Shown piece by piece: positions 50,702-62,989 of a stretch of DNA of 64,000 nucleotides. Each line of letters begins with the position of its first letter. Positions within the stretch are counted from its first letter, which is position 1. The position numbers and the translations under genes were made by a program. Under the pieces are notes generated by a model. That model saw only the letters and a list, made by a program, of their open reading frames with translations. It was not told the DNA's origin and did not search any database. Where the stretch lies: the NCBI GenBank assembly GCA_028534125.1, contig CM052823.1:75950001-76014000 (forward strand), in the 5' to 3' direction. The DNA is from Lama glama. Its lineage: Eukaryota.

Positions 50702-50839
50702 TTACAGACCCACTTTTTGAAGGCCATCTTCCCTGGCAGGTCCGAGCCTGCATGAGCCCACATTCCCCTAACTCCTCAGAGTTTCTATGTATTTCACATT
50801 CCTGCTCAGTTTCCCAGGAACCGCCTGGGAATGAGGCAA
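50702..50839 (+). repeat. Local dispersed duplication, copy A
   Basis: 57/68 identity to 52169-52236, plus a shared upstream 36-nt block. Confidence 0.85.
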
Positions 50840-50849
50840 TGTGTTTCTC

Positions 50850-50915
50850 TTTGCACAATGCCTGGCACATAGTAAGCACTCAGTAAATATTAGCTATTAG
50901 TAATAAGAATAATAA
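50850..50915 (+). mobile_element. MIR 3' end
   Basis: 'gcacaatgcctggcacatagtaagcactcagtaaatattagctatt'. Confidence 0.85.
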
Positions 50916-51809
50916 ATCCAGGATGGGATCTATGGGATGGTTGCATTGAGGCTGCTAGGAGTATTCGTGGACTGCAGTGGTGGTGGGCAGCTAAATTCTT
51001 AGCATATAGTGGACTATTCATTTAGTGTTTCTGATCCAGAGGGAGTTTCAATTCTTTAAAGTGGAAAAAGAATGTGTTTTGGTTAAATGACAAGGATAAG
51101 AGTCCCTTATTATACCTAAATCTCCAGGAGAGTTGAAAAAAAGATTTTCCATGGACTGGCTGAACATCCTGCTCAATACCTAAGATGGAGGTTTATGACA
51201 AAACTAGTCTTCTGTCTCAGCTGTGAGGATTCCGACTGGTCAAGTGACTTTCATAGGACCCACCTACTTTCTATGGAAGGAGGCAGGTCTAGTAAGATGT
51301 ATGAAAAGTGTAAAACCAATTAACCAAGCAAGATTCTTGTCTAAAGCCAGAGAACAGAAAGATAAACTGCTGAGGTTCTGTCTCCAGAGTCCAGAATTAA
51401 TCTTGCTGCCTTAAGCCCAGGTTCACAGCATTATTTTCTTCCCTTCTCATCTGCTGTCATGTTGCTCTGCCCATAGAGGTTGGAATTTTGCCTCCATTTC
51501 CTGAGACTCTCTGGATTTTCCTCTGATCCTCTTGCACTGCCTTGACTTCTAACCTGGACCACAGGTTTGCTCCCTTGCGCAGGACTTGCCATGCCCCTGC
51601 CCTGAGGGCAAGAGCACAGAACCTAGGTGCAGGTGAAGCCCCCACTTCACTTTGAGCATTGCAAAGACCCAAAAGCATTGCCGCCAAGCTCTAGGTTCGA
51701 TAACATTGGGTAGAACACTGGCTACCCTCCCCACCAGATGACAGATTCTGTGTCACTTTGGTCCCATCATGCCTTATGACTGAGCCAGCCTAAGTTCGAC
51801 AGAAAACTA

Positions 51810-52085
51810 GGTTAGAAGCAGATTATTTAAGACCTTAAAAGTGAAGGTATGGAATAGGGGTGGAGGCACTGCAGGTGCTTAAGCAGGGAATCCATATGAT
51901 CAGAACTGTGCTTCAGGCAGTGGTGGTGGGCAACGTGGATTGCATAGGCAGAACCTGAAGGCAGAGAGACTGGTTACATGGACCCAGATAACTTGTGTGC
52001 AGTGAAAGGCTGGAAAGGAGGGGACCAATGTGAGAGATGATTCAAAAGAACTGACATGGATTTGGAAAGTGTAGAGGAAGGAAAA
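51810..52085 (-). mobile_element. L2 fragment
   Basis: 'gaggcactgcaggtgcttaagcaggga...tgatcaga...gaaggcagagagactggtt'. Confidence 0.65.
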
Positions 52086-52114
52086 GTACATTATTACATT
52101 AAACAACCAGACAA

Positions 52115-52236
52115 TTGCAAAACCGTCTTTTGAATGCTGTCTTCCCTGGCTGGCCCACAATCTCCTGGCTCCTCAGAGTTTCTGTTTTCTTGAGATTCCC
52201 ACTCGGTTTCCCAGGAACCACCTGAGAATGAGGCAA
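52115..52236 (+). repeat. Local dispersed duplication, copy B
   Basis: Aligns by eye to 50702-50839. Confidence 0.85.
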
Positions 52237-52479
52237 GGCCACGTTAGAGGGGAAATGTTCATGCTAATAAGAAATGGGCAAAGGGACCAACATTTAGCAA
52301 GTGCTTATTGTGAACGAGCATTGGTGGCATTCATGGAACACGAGAAAAAAGGACCTTGCCTCAAAGAGCACAGGCCAGAATTCCAGCCTAGGGGCGTGAC
52401 CCCAAAGTCCTTGCCCTTTTTGCACTGCAGTTTTTCTAGAGAAGTAAGAAACAGCAACAAATCAGAGGAGGAAGATAAC

Positions 52480-53030
52480 AACTTTGAATATGTCCAGGCT
52501 CTGGAAGGACAGACGGCAGTTCAGTCAGCAGTTAGAAATGTTGGCATGGAAATCTGAAAATAGATCAAGACCAGAAGAAACCAATCTGAACATCAGTCAC
52601 GTGGACATTCTAATGGAAACACCAGGATACATCAAATCTTCGACAAAGAAATGGAGATGGGGAAAGAAAGCTCAGACTAGAACCCTGAGGGACACCCTCA
52701 GCTTACGAACTAAATGAAGAAGCAGAAAAGAAGCCATGAGAGTAGAATGAAAACCAGGAGAGGGTCATTCAACTGGAGTCCAAGGAAGGCAGTGTGAAAA
52801 CAGGAAAGAGAAGCCATCAGCTTAGAACACTTTATACTGACAAATAATAGATTGGGGGAGAAAAACCCATAAGAAAAGGCCAGCAGCTTTAGCAGTTAGG
52901 AACACACTAGTGCTCTCCCATCAGTCAGACTCAGTCAGATGGCAGGTAGGGGAGCTTAACAGCAGCAAATGTGGACTCTTCTTTCAAGAAATTTGGCAGT
53001 AAAAGAGGAAAGAACTGGAAAAGGTTGGGT
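52480..53030 (-). mobile_element. L2 fragment
   Basis: 'gactagaaccctgagggacacc...aaaaccaggagagggtca...ctttcaagaaatttggc'. Confidence 0.65.
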
Positions 53031-56000
53031 AGGGGTGGAAGATCCTTCTTCGGACCAGGATTGCACAGACTTAATCACTCAATTTGTATTCCCTGTGATG
53101 CTCAAAGAGAGAAATGATCCTCAACCAGATTATTTATTGGTCCCAGACAGACCATACTGTAGTAGCAACAGTTTTATAATACCTCCCTTTCAACCCCAAC
53201 TCCCTGGTGGGACTAATTTTGCAACCGTCACTGTCTGTAAAGGAATAAGTCTGTAATATGCTGCTAGATTCTTGGCGATCACCTCACCCAGCCTTTCGCT
53301 GCACACAGCAGCAGGAATGGATCAAATTGGCAGGGGGCCTTGTAGATCCAAAAATCTATAGAAAGTTTTGAGCATTTTCAAAACTGGCCAATCATATCCA
53401 ACTTCTGCAGATTTAGTCAGTTCCTTGACATTCCCCCTTTCTTCAGCCTTTGAATTGGGAAAGGGGCTGTCCAGAGGAACAGTGTTAAAAGCCAAGGGGG
53501 AAAGGCCCTTTCAGTTAGGCCCTTTCAGTTAGGGCTGCATGAGCATGAAATCCAGCTCCTGCTTCCTTGCCGAGTTTTGTGTCCACCCAGAGGGACACCT
53601 TTTTCTAAATTGCACAAAGGAGTGTAGGCTAGTGGGGGCTTGCCTATGCACTTAGGTTGGGAGGAGGTCTGGGGTCCTTCTGCATGAGTGGAGAGCAACT
53701 CTCTCCTCAAGAGAAGGAATTCCTTCCTGATGAGGGCCCTCTAGCCTAGTCCCCAGTGACCAGACTGTGACTCTCTGCCCAGCCTAGAGAGAGGCTGAGA
53801 TTGCTGGGGCAGAGTGCTCCATGGGCCACGGTGGGCTTGGGGAGAAAGGTGGGCTTCTGGGGGAGCACCTGATAAAATAGAGGAAAGGGCCAAGATGATC
53901 TGCTGAGTTGTGGGAACAAGCCTGTTTTCAGTGCCTGCTTCAAAATAGTGTCAATGCAGAATTGGTGCAAGTTATTTTCAACACAAAATTAGCAAGCCTG
54001 AGCTGTCACCTCCTCTTTCAATGAGCCAGCTGAGGCCAGACTGTAAGAGGTTAAATCATGTGGAAACCCTTATTTTTAAAATGGAGCTACATTTAGTCAA
54101 GAACCACTTATGTAGGATATGTCTTCTGCCATTTACCAGAGAAAATGTGCTTTAATTCCTTGATGCCAAAGAATGTCTGATACATTGTATAATGAAACTA
54201 GAATAATTGAGCTACTTGTTCATTACAAAGCTCTCCAGCTGAATACCCTAAATTCTTCAGTGGCTGAGTGGGCTTGCAGTGAATTAACAACGTTCTTTTA
54301 AAAAAATTATTTTGAGGTAGGACACAATATTTACAAAAGAATTTTTTGTGAAGCACTACTAAATGCTTTTTACTCCAGGAAGGATTGCATATTTTTCTTT
54401 GTTGATAATGCCAGGGTGATTCAGAAGGACAAGTGAAACGTTAGCCAAAGTGTTACACAGAAGTCCAGACGAGCTTCACTCTGGCCACCTTTCTCTCTGT
54501 TCTCTCAGATCCCTCAGGGATCTCCCTTGACATTTCCCTGACCTACTGCCCCTCTCTCATGGAGTTCCTGCCAATTGCCTTGCCTCCAGGTAACTGAAAC
54601 ACCAATTTCCCTTCGTGAGCTGGGGAGCCCCGTAAAGGCAGAGGCCATGTTGCATTAGCATCCCTGCTGTCAAAAGCAGGAAGCAGAGTACATCATGCCT
54701 AGGAGGCTCTCAGGAAGGCACTCATGTTGGGTGTAGAGACCTGGGGTTAGGTGAGAATCTGTAAAATAAGAACAGATAAACCAAGTCCAAACTCAGAAAG
54801 ACTGATGCTCCCTCCTTCCCAAGGGACATGACCAGTGTAGTCTCCACATCTTCTCATTTCTTGGGAAGATTACATGGATTGCCAGCCAGCTGAGTCAGGG
54901 CTGTCTTGTCCCATTCAGGCTGGCTTTGGGAAAGCTGGCCGTACCGTCAGTCACAAAGTTCTGGCAGCAGAGAAGTTTGGGGAGTGGAGAGAAGAGTGAG
55001 AAAAGAGAGAAGGGACACAGTGAAAACAAGGCAGGCAGAAGCACGTTTCCAGGAGCAGGGGAGTGTTTTAAAGATCACAGACCAGTTGAGTTTGAGGACA
55101 ACTAAGGAAAGGCCCCCGGGTTTCAGGAAATTGCTTCTTGATTTTTCAATTATTTCCAAAGAGGCAAGGCAGGAGCTGGCTGGCAGGGAGGAAAGAGGGG
55201 CTGGGCTGGGGGTAAGGGTGGAGGTGGGGCAAGACAAAGACCACACATTTCCAGAGCAGCTAGCGGGGTGGATTAAAGCTGGGGGCATCTATGTCGGATA
55301 GGCTGGGGAGGGAGTGGATGCTGGGGTTTTGTTTTAGTGGCAACCCTCTGGGCAGCAGCTATGACAAAAGAAGCCTCGAGAGAAAGAATCCGAGTAGCAG
55401 AGGGAAAGTACATTCTTCCTCCGAGGGAGGAAATAGAAAAGAACGGCTGTAGATTTGATATTCTTCCGTGAATCTCCCTGTCCCAAGTTAAGATGGCATC
55501 CCGGGGTGACGGGATGGAGACCTCAGTCACTTCTTTGTAGTATGGGCTGGTCAGTGGAAACAGCAAATGAGCAGTGATGTGGAGCCACTGACCATCAAAG
55601 GACACTGTCACCTCTCAGCTGGTGATCCCCAGGGTCATTCCATGGACTGGTGTCCTTCTCTGGTAAACTTCTCACTGCAGTACGGACAATGAGGTTGTTT
55701 TCTCATAGAGCTAAATTCAATGTAAAGGACTTTCCTTTATGCTGAGATTATAATCTTCTTCACTTTTTTTGTTACTAAAATGTTCTTTGCTGAATGTGAA
55801 ACAATGGTAGTAGATCAGAGTTTGGGTTTTCCCCTCAGTGTCTTTATACAGCCAAAGAAAAAAATACTGTTCCTTGTGGGTACCCCCTCTGCCACCACCA
55901 CCCTTTATTTTTCATACTTCTGTTTGTAAAATAAATTCTTAGGAATAATTGTTCTCAAACTTATGTTTATATACCTCTAAAATACAGTACAGTTATTTTA

Positions 56001-56109
56001 CATGAAGTATTTCAGAGCACGCGAGGAAATGTTTTGGGCTTGGTCTCTCTGGCCAGGATTTACCACCACATGCCCATGCACCAGTTGCACCGTGAATTGT
56101 TTCCTGCAG

Positions 56110-56218
56110 GGCCCACCTTGGAGATGAGCAGGAAGTCCAGTCTTTTCAATTCAACTACTTCCAAAAGGATCGAGCGATAGCTCTTGAGCACACCCACTGC
56201 AGAGACACCCTTGAACAG
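56110..56218 (+). other. Candidate internal exon (phase 2 to 0; AHLGDEQEVQSFQFNYFQKDRAIALEHTHCRDTLEQ)
   Basis: Acceptor 'ttgtttcctgcag|', donor CAG|gtatgt, single open frame; no homolog recognised. Confidence 0.3.
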
Positions 56219-56257
56219 GTATGTAGTAGGGACAGGGCTCATGCAGCCCTGGGACCC

Positions 56258-56430
56258 CAGAACTTTAGACCTGGAGGGAACTTTAGAGTTTGTCTTGTCA
56301 TCTAGTCTGGATTATTCTGCCTGAGACCCTTTTTAAGGGAGCACATTTGCCCACGGTCACACAACTCACTAGCGACAGAGCCAAGACAAGAGAGACCCAG
56401 TCTCCAGACCCCCAGCCGGCCCTCTACCAT
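56258..56430 (-). mobile_element. MIR
   Basis: 'ttgcccacggtcacacaact...gcgacagagccaagac...cccagtctccagac'. Confidence 0.8.
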
Positions 56431-57619
56431 CTCCGCCTGTTCCTAGCTCAGAATTATGGCAACCCCCTTTCCCAACAGGCGAGACTCAAGCCAAACAACA
56501 TCAGCCTCGGCCCAACACGTGAGGCCTGTCAGGTGGTACGTGGAGTAGAGCGCCGTTTTCTCCTTTGTGACAATGGCTGTTTGCCCCAAATGCATTATGC
56601 CTTCCTAATTGTGTGACTCAGAGCTGCTGCTGCTGCTGCAGCCCCCACCCCCTCCCAGAGGGGCTTCTCTCCTAACGGCCCAGGGTTCAGTCTGTAGTCC
56701 ACCTCAGCCTCCACGATTTCAACAAGGCTTTCCTGCAAACGCCCCCATTGCCCTGCTCCCTCCCCGACTTTCCTACCCAGTGCCCACCCCCATGAGTGGC
56801 ATCTTGCCTCTCACGAACCAAACTGGCTGAGAGTTCTAATTCTACTGATTGGCATAAAAATTCTCATAGTAGGCTGAAAGATCAGGAATTGCAAACAAGA
56901 ACACCTCCAGGGCTGGCAGAGACCCAGCCGAGTCACCTCCTACTGTGGCTGTAAGGGCCAATGTGGACACGGTGCCACGGGAACATTAGAACGGAGGAGG
57001 ATTTAGGCCACTCTGAGCAATGGGGGAGGACCCAGGAAAGCTTCACAGAGAAGATATTTGAGCTGGGCCTTGAAGAATGAGTTAGAGGCAGAGAGAGGAC
57101 CTTCCAAATCCAGCTCCCTGCCCCTCGTCATAGACCCGACCCTGGAGAGCAAAGCAGCAGCTACAGAGGAGACTAGGGTTAAGAGCCAGGGAGGACCTGC
57201 CAGCTGGAGCACAGCTACTGTTCGGGGTCATGTAGAGCCCAATGGTCCTTCCTTGCTGATTTGGGCTCTGCCCCAGCTGATATAATAAGGTCATCTGTCC
57301 GCTAACTGTAAGCTGAGACTTTATGCTTAAATGCCATTCAAGTTACTTCATATTTTGGCTTATTTAGTTCACTTTTTTAGATTTTGTAGAATAAAGTTTT
57401 ATTGAGCCCATGCCATGAAAAATTAAGTGTAATCAGTTAATATTTTAGCTGTCACAATGGCAAGTTTGACAGGTTAGACTGACATCTCACTACCATTTTT
57501 TCCCTTGAGTAATGATGTAACCACTTCATGGTGCATGGTAATATGGTTAAGTTTAGCTGGAGATACATTGTGAGCATGTGTATCATGGAAATTAACATAA
57601 AGGAACCCAGAAACAGATT

Positions 57620-57818
57620 CTTTGTGGAAAGAGCATTCGTGTAGGAATCAGGAAGACTTGGCTTCTCGCCCCAGCTCAGCTCCTGGTACTAAGTATCTCA
57701 TCTCTAACTTCCACCCACTTTACTTTCTTATCTGCAGGAGGGAAGCAGTTACCTAGAGTGGGGAAAGATGGAATAGATGGTTTCTAAGGACTCTTCCAGC
57801 TCTGCCATTTCTATGACA
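57620..57818 (+). mobile_element. MIR (MIR3/MIRc-like)
   Basis: 'gtggaaagagcatt...ggaatcaggaagacttgg...tctaaggactcttccagctct...ttctatga'. Confidence 0.75.
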
Positions 57819-59029
57819 AAACTCAAGGGAGTCCTTTATCAAACACTGATTCAGAATGTTCCCTTCCATGCCTATCAATCTTGTGTAATATTTGCTCCTG
57901 AAACCCCGAATCCTTGCTTTCTCAGGAACTCTTAGCATTAGTAGTTGGCTGACTCAAAAATTGCTCAACTGCGAATGCTCATTGTCCCACTTTAGCTGTT
58001 GCTGAGAAAGAGCCAGTGGGGCTGGGGGAAGTGAGCAGAGAAGCTGGATCTGGGGCAGAGAATCACCCCTGGGATAATGGATCACTGCTTTTCTTCAAAG
58101 TAGACAATGAGGCCTGAGCTGACTGCAGATGTGAGCTTGCTCACACGGTTAGCAGGAGCTGGGAAGGGAGGTGGTGGGAGCCAGGCCCCCACCTGCCAGC
58201 TCTGGGCAGGTTTCTTGGAACCAACATGGGCATTTCTGGCTCCCTCAATCTATCCTTCTCAGAAAGCTCCACACATAGGTGAGCGGCCTTCTACCAAAAC
58301 AGAGAATCCCTCCTCCCATGCCCTCCATGGACTCCTTTCAATTATGGGTGTTATCTTCTGTCTGGTGGTGCCTGGGCTTCTTGCCATCGCCAGAGCTTCC
58401 TTTTGATCCCTGGTTTACACGGCTTTCTGTTGAGCAAATAAACACACACTCATCCCCACCCTCAACAAAACAAAGTTGATTCGTTCACAGGAACTGCTGC
58501 CCAGCTAACAGATGTTCTGGCCACCTGGCCCTGCAGCCAGACATGCTGCTGACCCCAAAAGTGAAAGGCTCTGTCACCCATTCTCATCCCCCAGTCGGCC
58601 AGTTGCTATCCAGGATTATACAAGAATTTTGATGTTTGTCTTTCCTCCCCTACTCCCGCCTCCACAGCTCTTAGTGGCTCTTAGGACAGAGCTGTTCCCA
58701 ATGTGGCCTTTGATCAGGTCAGCTGGAGCCTGGAAAAGATGGGCCATGTGGTCAGGGTTGCCTTGCCACAGCTACTCACATCCTCCATCTGCAGACCTGA
58801 CTGTGCCTTTGGAAGGGCAAGGCCATGAGGAGCCCTTTGGGGCACCTCCCCACCCAGAGAGAGAGCAGTGAGAAGCCCCTCTGTAGGAGTGTAATGGCCA
58901 ACAAGTGCTGCCTTTCTGGCTTGTCCTGACTTTGGGGCTCGGCAGTCTTCCTTTCACTTGTAGTTTATGGCCTCTCGGGAGAGACAAGACCTTCACTAAC
59001 ATACTCCTCAGCTTTTAGAGTTTAGGGGA

Positions 59030-59260
59030 GTGCCCAACCAAATGATCCGGGAGCCCAGAGGAGGGAACGTTGACTTCCAACAGGACACTCATGTAAAGTT
59101 CTATGGAGGTGGTGACTTTTGAACTGAGCCAGGGGAGAGGGGATTTCACTGGACAGAGAAATGGAGCTGGGAGGGCCGTCATTTCTGCAGCTGTCTCTGT
59201 GTGAAGGCAGGAGAACGCAGAGCCAATCTGAGCAGCAGGGAGAGTGGAGAGGCAGCCAAT
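59030..59260 (-). mobile_element. L2 fragment
   Basis: 'gggagcccagaggaggga...ggaggtggtgacttttgaactgagcc'. Confidence 0.6.
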
Positions 59261-60735
59261 GGGGCAGGACAGACCATACTGCCACAAATGTGCTCCTCCA
59301 GTTGGTCAGCCAGCCCCCTGGGAGCCCTAAGGCACCAGGAGTCCTGAACCCAGTTTAAGTAATACTCTTTAGACCCTTTTCTTCACAGAAATGCAGAGAG
59401 AGGATTTTGAGGGGGAAGTGACCCCTCAAGAGTCTTTAAAAGGCAACACCGTGATCTCAGCTCAACTTACTCCTTGTCTAAGGCTTCTCTGGAATCGTTC
59501 CAACAAATGTTTGGGATCTTCCAACATTTTTCTACATAAGTTACTGAGTGCTCGATGTCTACCCCAAGCTGCAGCTAACAAGAAGGATTGCAAGGAGCCT
59601 ACTAATTTGTCAATTAGAGGTAAAACTCTCTAGAAATCACTTTGGTGCTTTTCAAAGTCATCTCCAGGGGGCAACAGAAAGAGGTTTGAGTCACTTGTGA
59701 CAGCATTGAGTGAAACTGACCCCTTGCTCCCCTGCCAATAGTCAAGGCAGAGAGTTTGAGGAATAAGACCGTAAAGGGCCTGCTCTCACCATACCTGCCA
59801 GGCCTGGAGCTCTAGAACTTCCTGTGCCAGAGGTCTGCGGAGTCCGAGCAGGACCACCACCAGCTCCTCCTCTAGCCCTAGCCCTACACTGGGAACCAGC
59901 TCCTGCTGCTTTTCACCCCTACAAGGAACAGCCTTTCCTCCAAATTATACCCCTCTTCTGCACCTTTTTAGTGTATCAAATGATCAGTTAGTGCAATAAA
60001 AATATAATAAGAAGGACATTCTCTTTAAGAAGACCATCACCCCGAGAAACAGAAAACAATAGTAGGGAACAAACTGAATAGGACACCAATAGGATTAAAG
60101 GCCAACAAAGTGTGATCAAAGAAACAGCAAGAGGGGGAAGAGGCAAAGAGAAGTGAACAGAAAGCTAAGAAAAGAAATCACCTCCCCAAGGAAGATAACA
60201 CAGTCGGACCAGGGGGAGGTAGGGTTGGGTGTCAGAAAAGAAATGAGATCCAAAAGGAGCTGTCACATTAAGGGTTAAAGAGGGACTTTGCTTGGGTTTG
60301 GAACAGGCATTGGAAAACTATACTTTGGAGGCAACCTCCAAGGCAGACAGACACTGGAAAGACTGAGATTGAGTTCAGAGGCTGAAAGAATACTGATGTG
60401 GGGAAATCCCCAAAGGTAGTTTCTCACCCTGCGCTTGGCCACATTGCCCCTTGTGGTTTGCCTGTCTCTGCAGTATTCTATGGTAATTCTTGCCCCGTAA
60501 GGGCAGACATTGAGCATACACCTGCGAGGGCACAAAGCTTCTTTTCCAAATTAGATCAGTTTAGCCTTTCTGGTCTTGAGTAGACCAGAGGCAGAATTCA
60601 CCTTGGCCAAAGCTCCTCTCGCTGAGCTTAGGGATATAAAAGGTCAAGCAGAGAATGAATGTCCCTTTCCCACTCTGAGGATTCTCAGGGTCAGGGCCAG
60701 AGGCCTGCCTGCTGACCTACTCTGCTGACTGACCA

Positions 60736-60787
60736 TGCCTGCTTGCCTGCCTGCCTTCCTTCCTTCCTTCCTTCCTTTCTTCCTTCT
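60736..60787 (+). repeat. (TGCC)n/(TTCC)n compound simple repeat
   Basis: tgcctgcttgcctgcctgccttccttccttccttccttcc. Confidence 0.9.
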
Positions 60788-61789
60788 GGCCATCCAAGAC
60801 ATGCTACTGCTCTCTCAGGCCTGTCTTCTGCCCTTCATCCTTTGATTGACTAGACCCGATTTATCTGCGAGTTTTTTTTCCATAAAGAATCATTGGGTTA
60901 CTGTGTCTTTCCAAGGCTAGGGTTACTGCTGGCTAAATTCAGCCCATCAGGAATGACTAGAATCCTGGGGAAATACTGGTTATGTTTGGGTTTAAAAACA
61001 GAAGTCCAAAGGGTGTGATGCCACCAAAGATTAAGCAAAAATTATTCTTGAAAGTCATACAAATATTTTTAAGTGTAAGATTTGGGTAATGATTTCTTTG
61101 CCAGAGAAAAATTTTCATAAGATCCTTTCTACAATCTCCACGAAATGGTTGAGCTACAATTCCGAAACAGCAACAAAGGGGAAATGGAGAACTGGATTCA
61201 ATATTTAAAGTGTAAACTTCTTAAGTATGTCCCCTACTTTTGTCTTTGTATTATCCTGTTGCCTCTTCTTGACCATTTCTTTTGTTCACATCAAGCAAAT
61301 CATTTCCTTCTCCTCCCCACCCCATGTTCAGCTCCAGTCCTCTTCTTCCTCATGTCTGTCTGCCTACAGACTCTTCAAAACATGTGCCCATACTTTGTCT
61401 GCTGGCAGACATGAACTAAACATGGACCTGACACTCTCACAAATTCAAGTGCACAGTCCTGAGCATATTCACTCTTTGGGGTCCCATCTCCCTTTCCACT
61501 GTGAAGCATTATTGCTCACTTGAGGGCAATCATTGGTGGAGCGACCTTGCATAGGACCAAAAGTGCATCACTGTCTCCCCTTCCAAATCACAGACTCATA
61601 GAATAATGGGGTTGAGTGTCAGCCTAACCACCCTTAGAGGGCATTTGTCATTCCAACCCTGAGTTCTCAACTTTTAATCATTACTCTCTATAAAAAATAG
61701 CCTATTTTCATCTGGGTAATATTGAACAAAATGTTAAAGCAGGCCAAAAGTCATCCTTGGTTTCCTCTTACTAGAGAATATGCCCAGAG

Positions 61790-62140
61790 TCTCCTTGGCC
61801 TCTTTCTCTCCTTTCTCCAGCTGTATCCCCTCTACAGGTCCCAGTCTTGGACTGAAGGTATCCGTCCCCTTAACTAGCACCACCTCCAATCTCTGCCTGT
61901 GGAAAGTTCCCTCTCATCCTCCTAGGTCCAGCTCAAATGCGACCTCCTCTGGTAGGCCTTCCTGGATATCCAGCCTGCATCTTTCTCTCTTCTAAATCCC
62001 CATGACCCTTGGAATTGCCTTTGCTATGGTACTTGGGACTTTCTACCATTGGACAGCCAGCTCCTTGAGGGCAAGATCCATGTCTGATTCATCTCTGGGT
62101 CCCCTGCAGGGCTGAACTCGGTAAACCCCTCCCAGGCATG
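61790..62140 (+). mobile_element. L2 3' fragment
   Basis: 'ccagctcaaatgcgacctcctctggtaggccttcctg...gctccttgagggcaagatccatgtctgattcatctctg'. Confidence 0.8.
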
Positions 62141-62989
62141 CAGAAAGGGCTAAGGAAGGAGTGAGGCTCGAACCATGGCCCAGTGTGCTTTGCCAGTAGG
62201 CTGGGAGAAACTTAGGCCTGGAGTCTACCTCTTCCTAGGGCTAGTCAATCCCCTTTCTTCCCCTTCTCACTCCCAACCCATTGCTAAAGGACCGCTCTCT
62301 TTCACTGTCTTTAGCCAACTGTCATGCAGGATAGAATCCACTGGGAAGGCTTCAGCTGTTAACAGCTTAGAATGTTGCTGCTCCCAGAAGTCTTTGCACT
62401 GAATTGGGGTGGGGGAGGGAGGTACAGGGAGGGGTGAAGAAGGTAGGGGTGCAGGCCTTCACTCCCCAATGACATGTACTCATGTTAGAGGATTTAAGTA
62501 TGACAGGCTGGGGAGAGAGGAATTGAGGGGGTTGAGAGGGCTGTTTCTTGACACCCCTTCAATCATATAGCCCCTTAGTATTCTGAGCTACTTTCCTTCT
62601 CTTTCTGCCTGTGCCCCCTTTAAAAAGATACATGTCCTGGCAATAGTAGCCCTTAACTAAATAGTAACCATTCTTATTATTGTCACAATAAATCATATAA
62701 TAATATAAATCATAATATAATCACATAATAAATCAAAAACATAAACAACACAAACGTAAAAACACACAGAGCCCACCCTAAACACATGAGTGCTTGGAGG
62801 TGCTAAGTAGGACATGTAGATGGATTTTGTTAGGCAGAGTTTCTGAAAGAAAGACTTTTTAAAGCATCTGCCTACCTGGTGGTGGAAACCAGATTTTGTG
62901 TGCACAGAGAATGGCCAATGACTAGAGAGAGGGCCCTTCTAGAAGACTGACAAGGGGAGTTGGTTAGATGGCAGGAGGCAGTAGGAGGG

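Noticed and set aside
54509-54589. Possible plus-strand exon (tctctcag|...CAG|gtaact)
   Set aside because: It lies in pyrimidine-rich L2-like sequence next to an L2 3' end, and its open frame does not bridge the other exon candidates
55548-55594. 10-bp perfect inverted repeat (tggtcagtgg/ccactgacca) considered as miRNA, SECIS or snoRNA
   Set aside because: The stem is too short, the loop pairs poorly and there is no SECIS quartet or box layout; roughly one or two such stems are expected by chance in this window
44854-55607. Exact 15-mer inverted match containing a TCF/LEF site (44854-44868 vs 55593-55607), plus other CCTTTGAT sites
   Set aside because: A few exact 15-mer matches and about two such 8-mers are expected by chance in 64 kb
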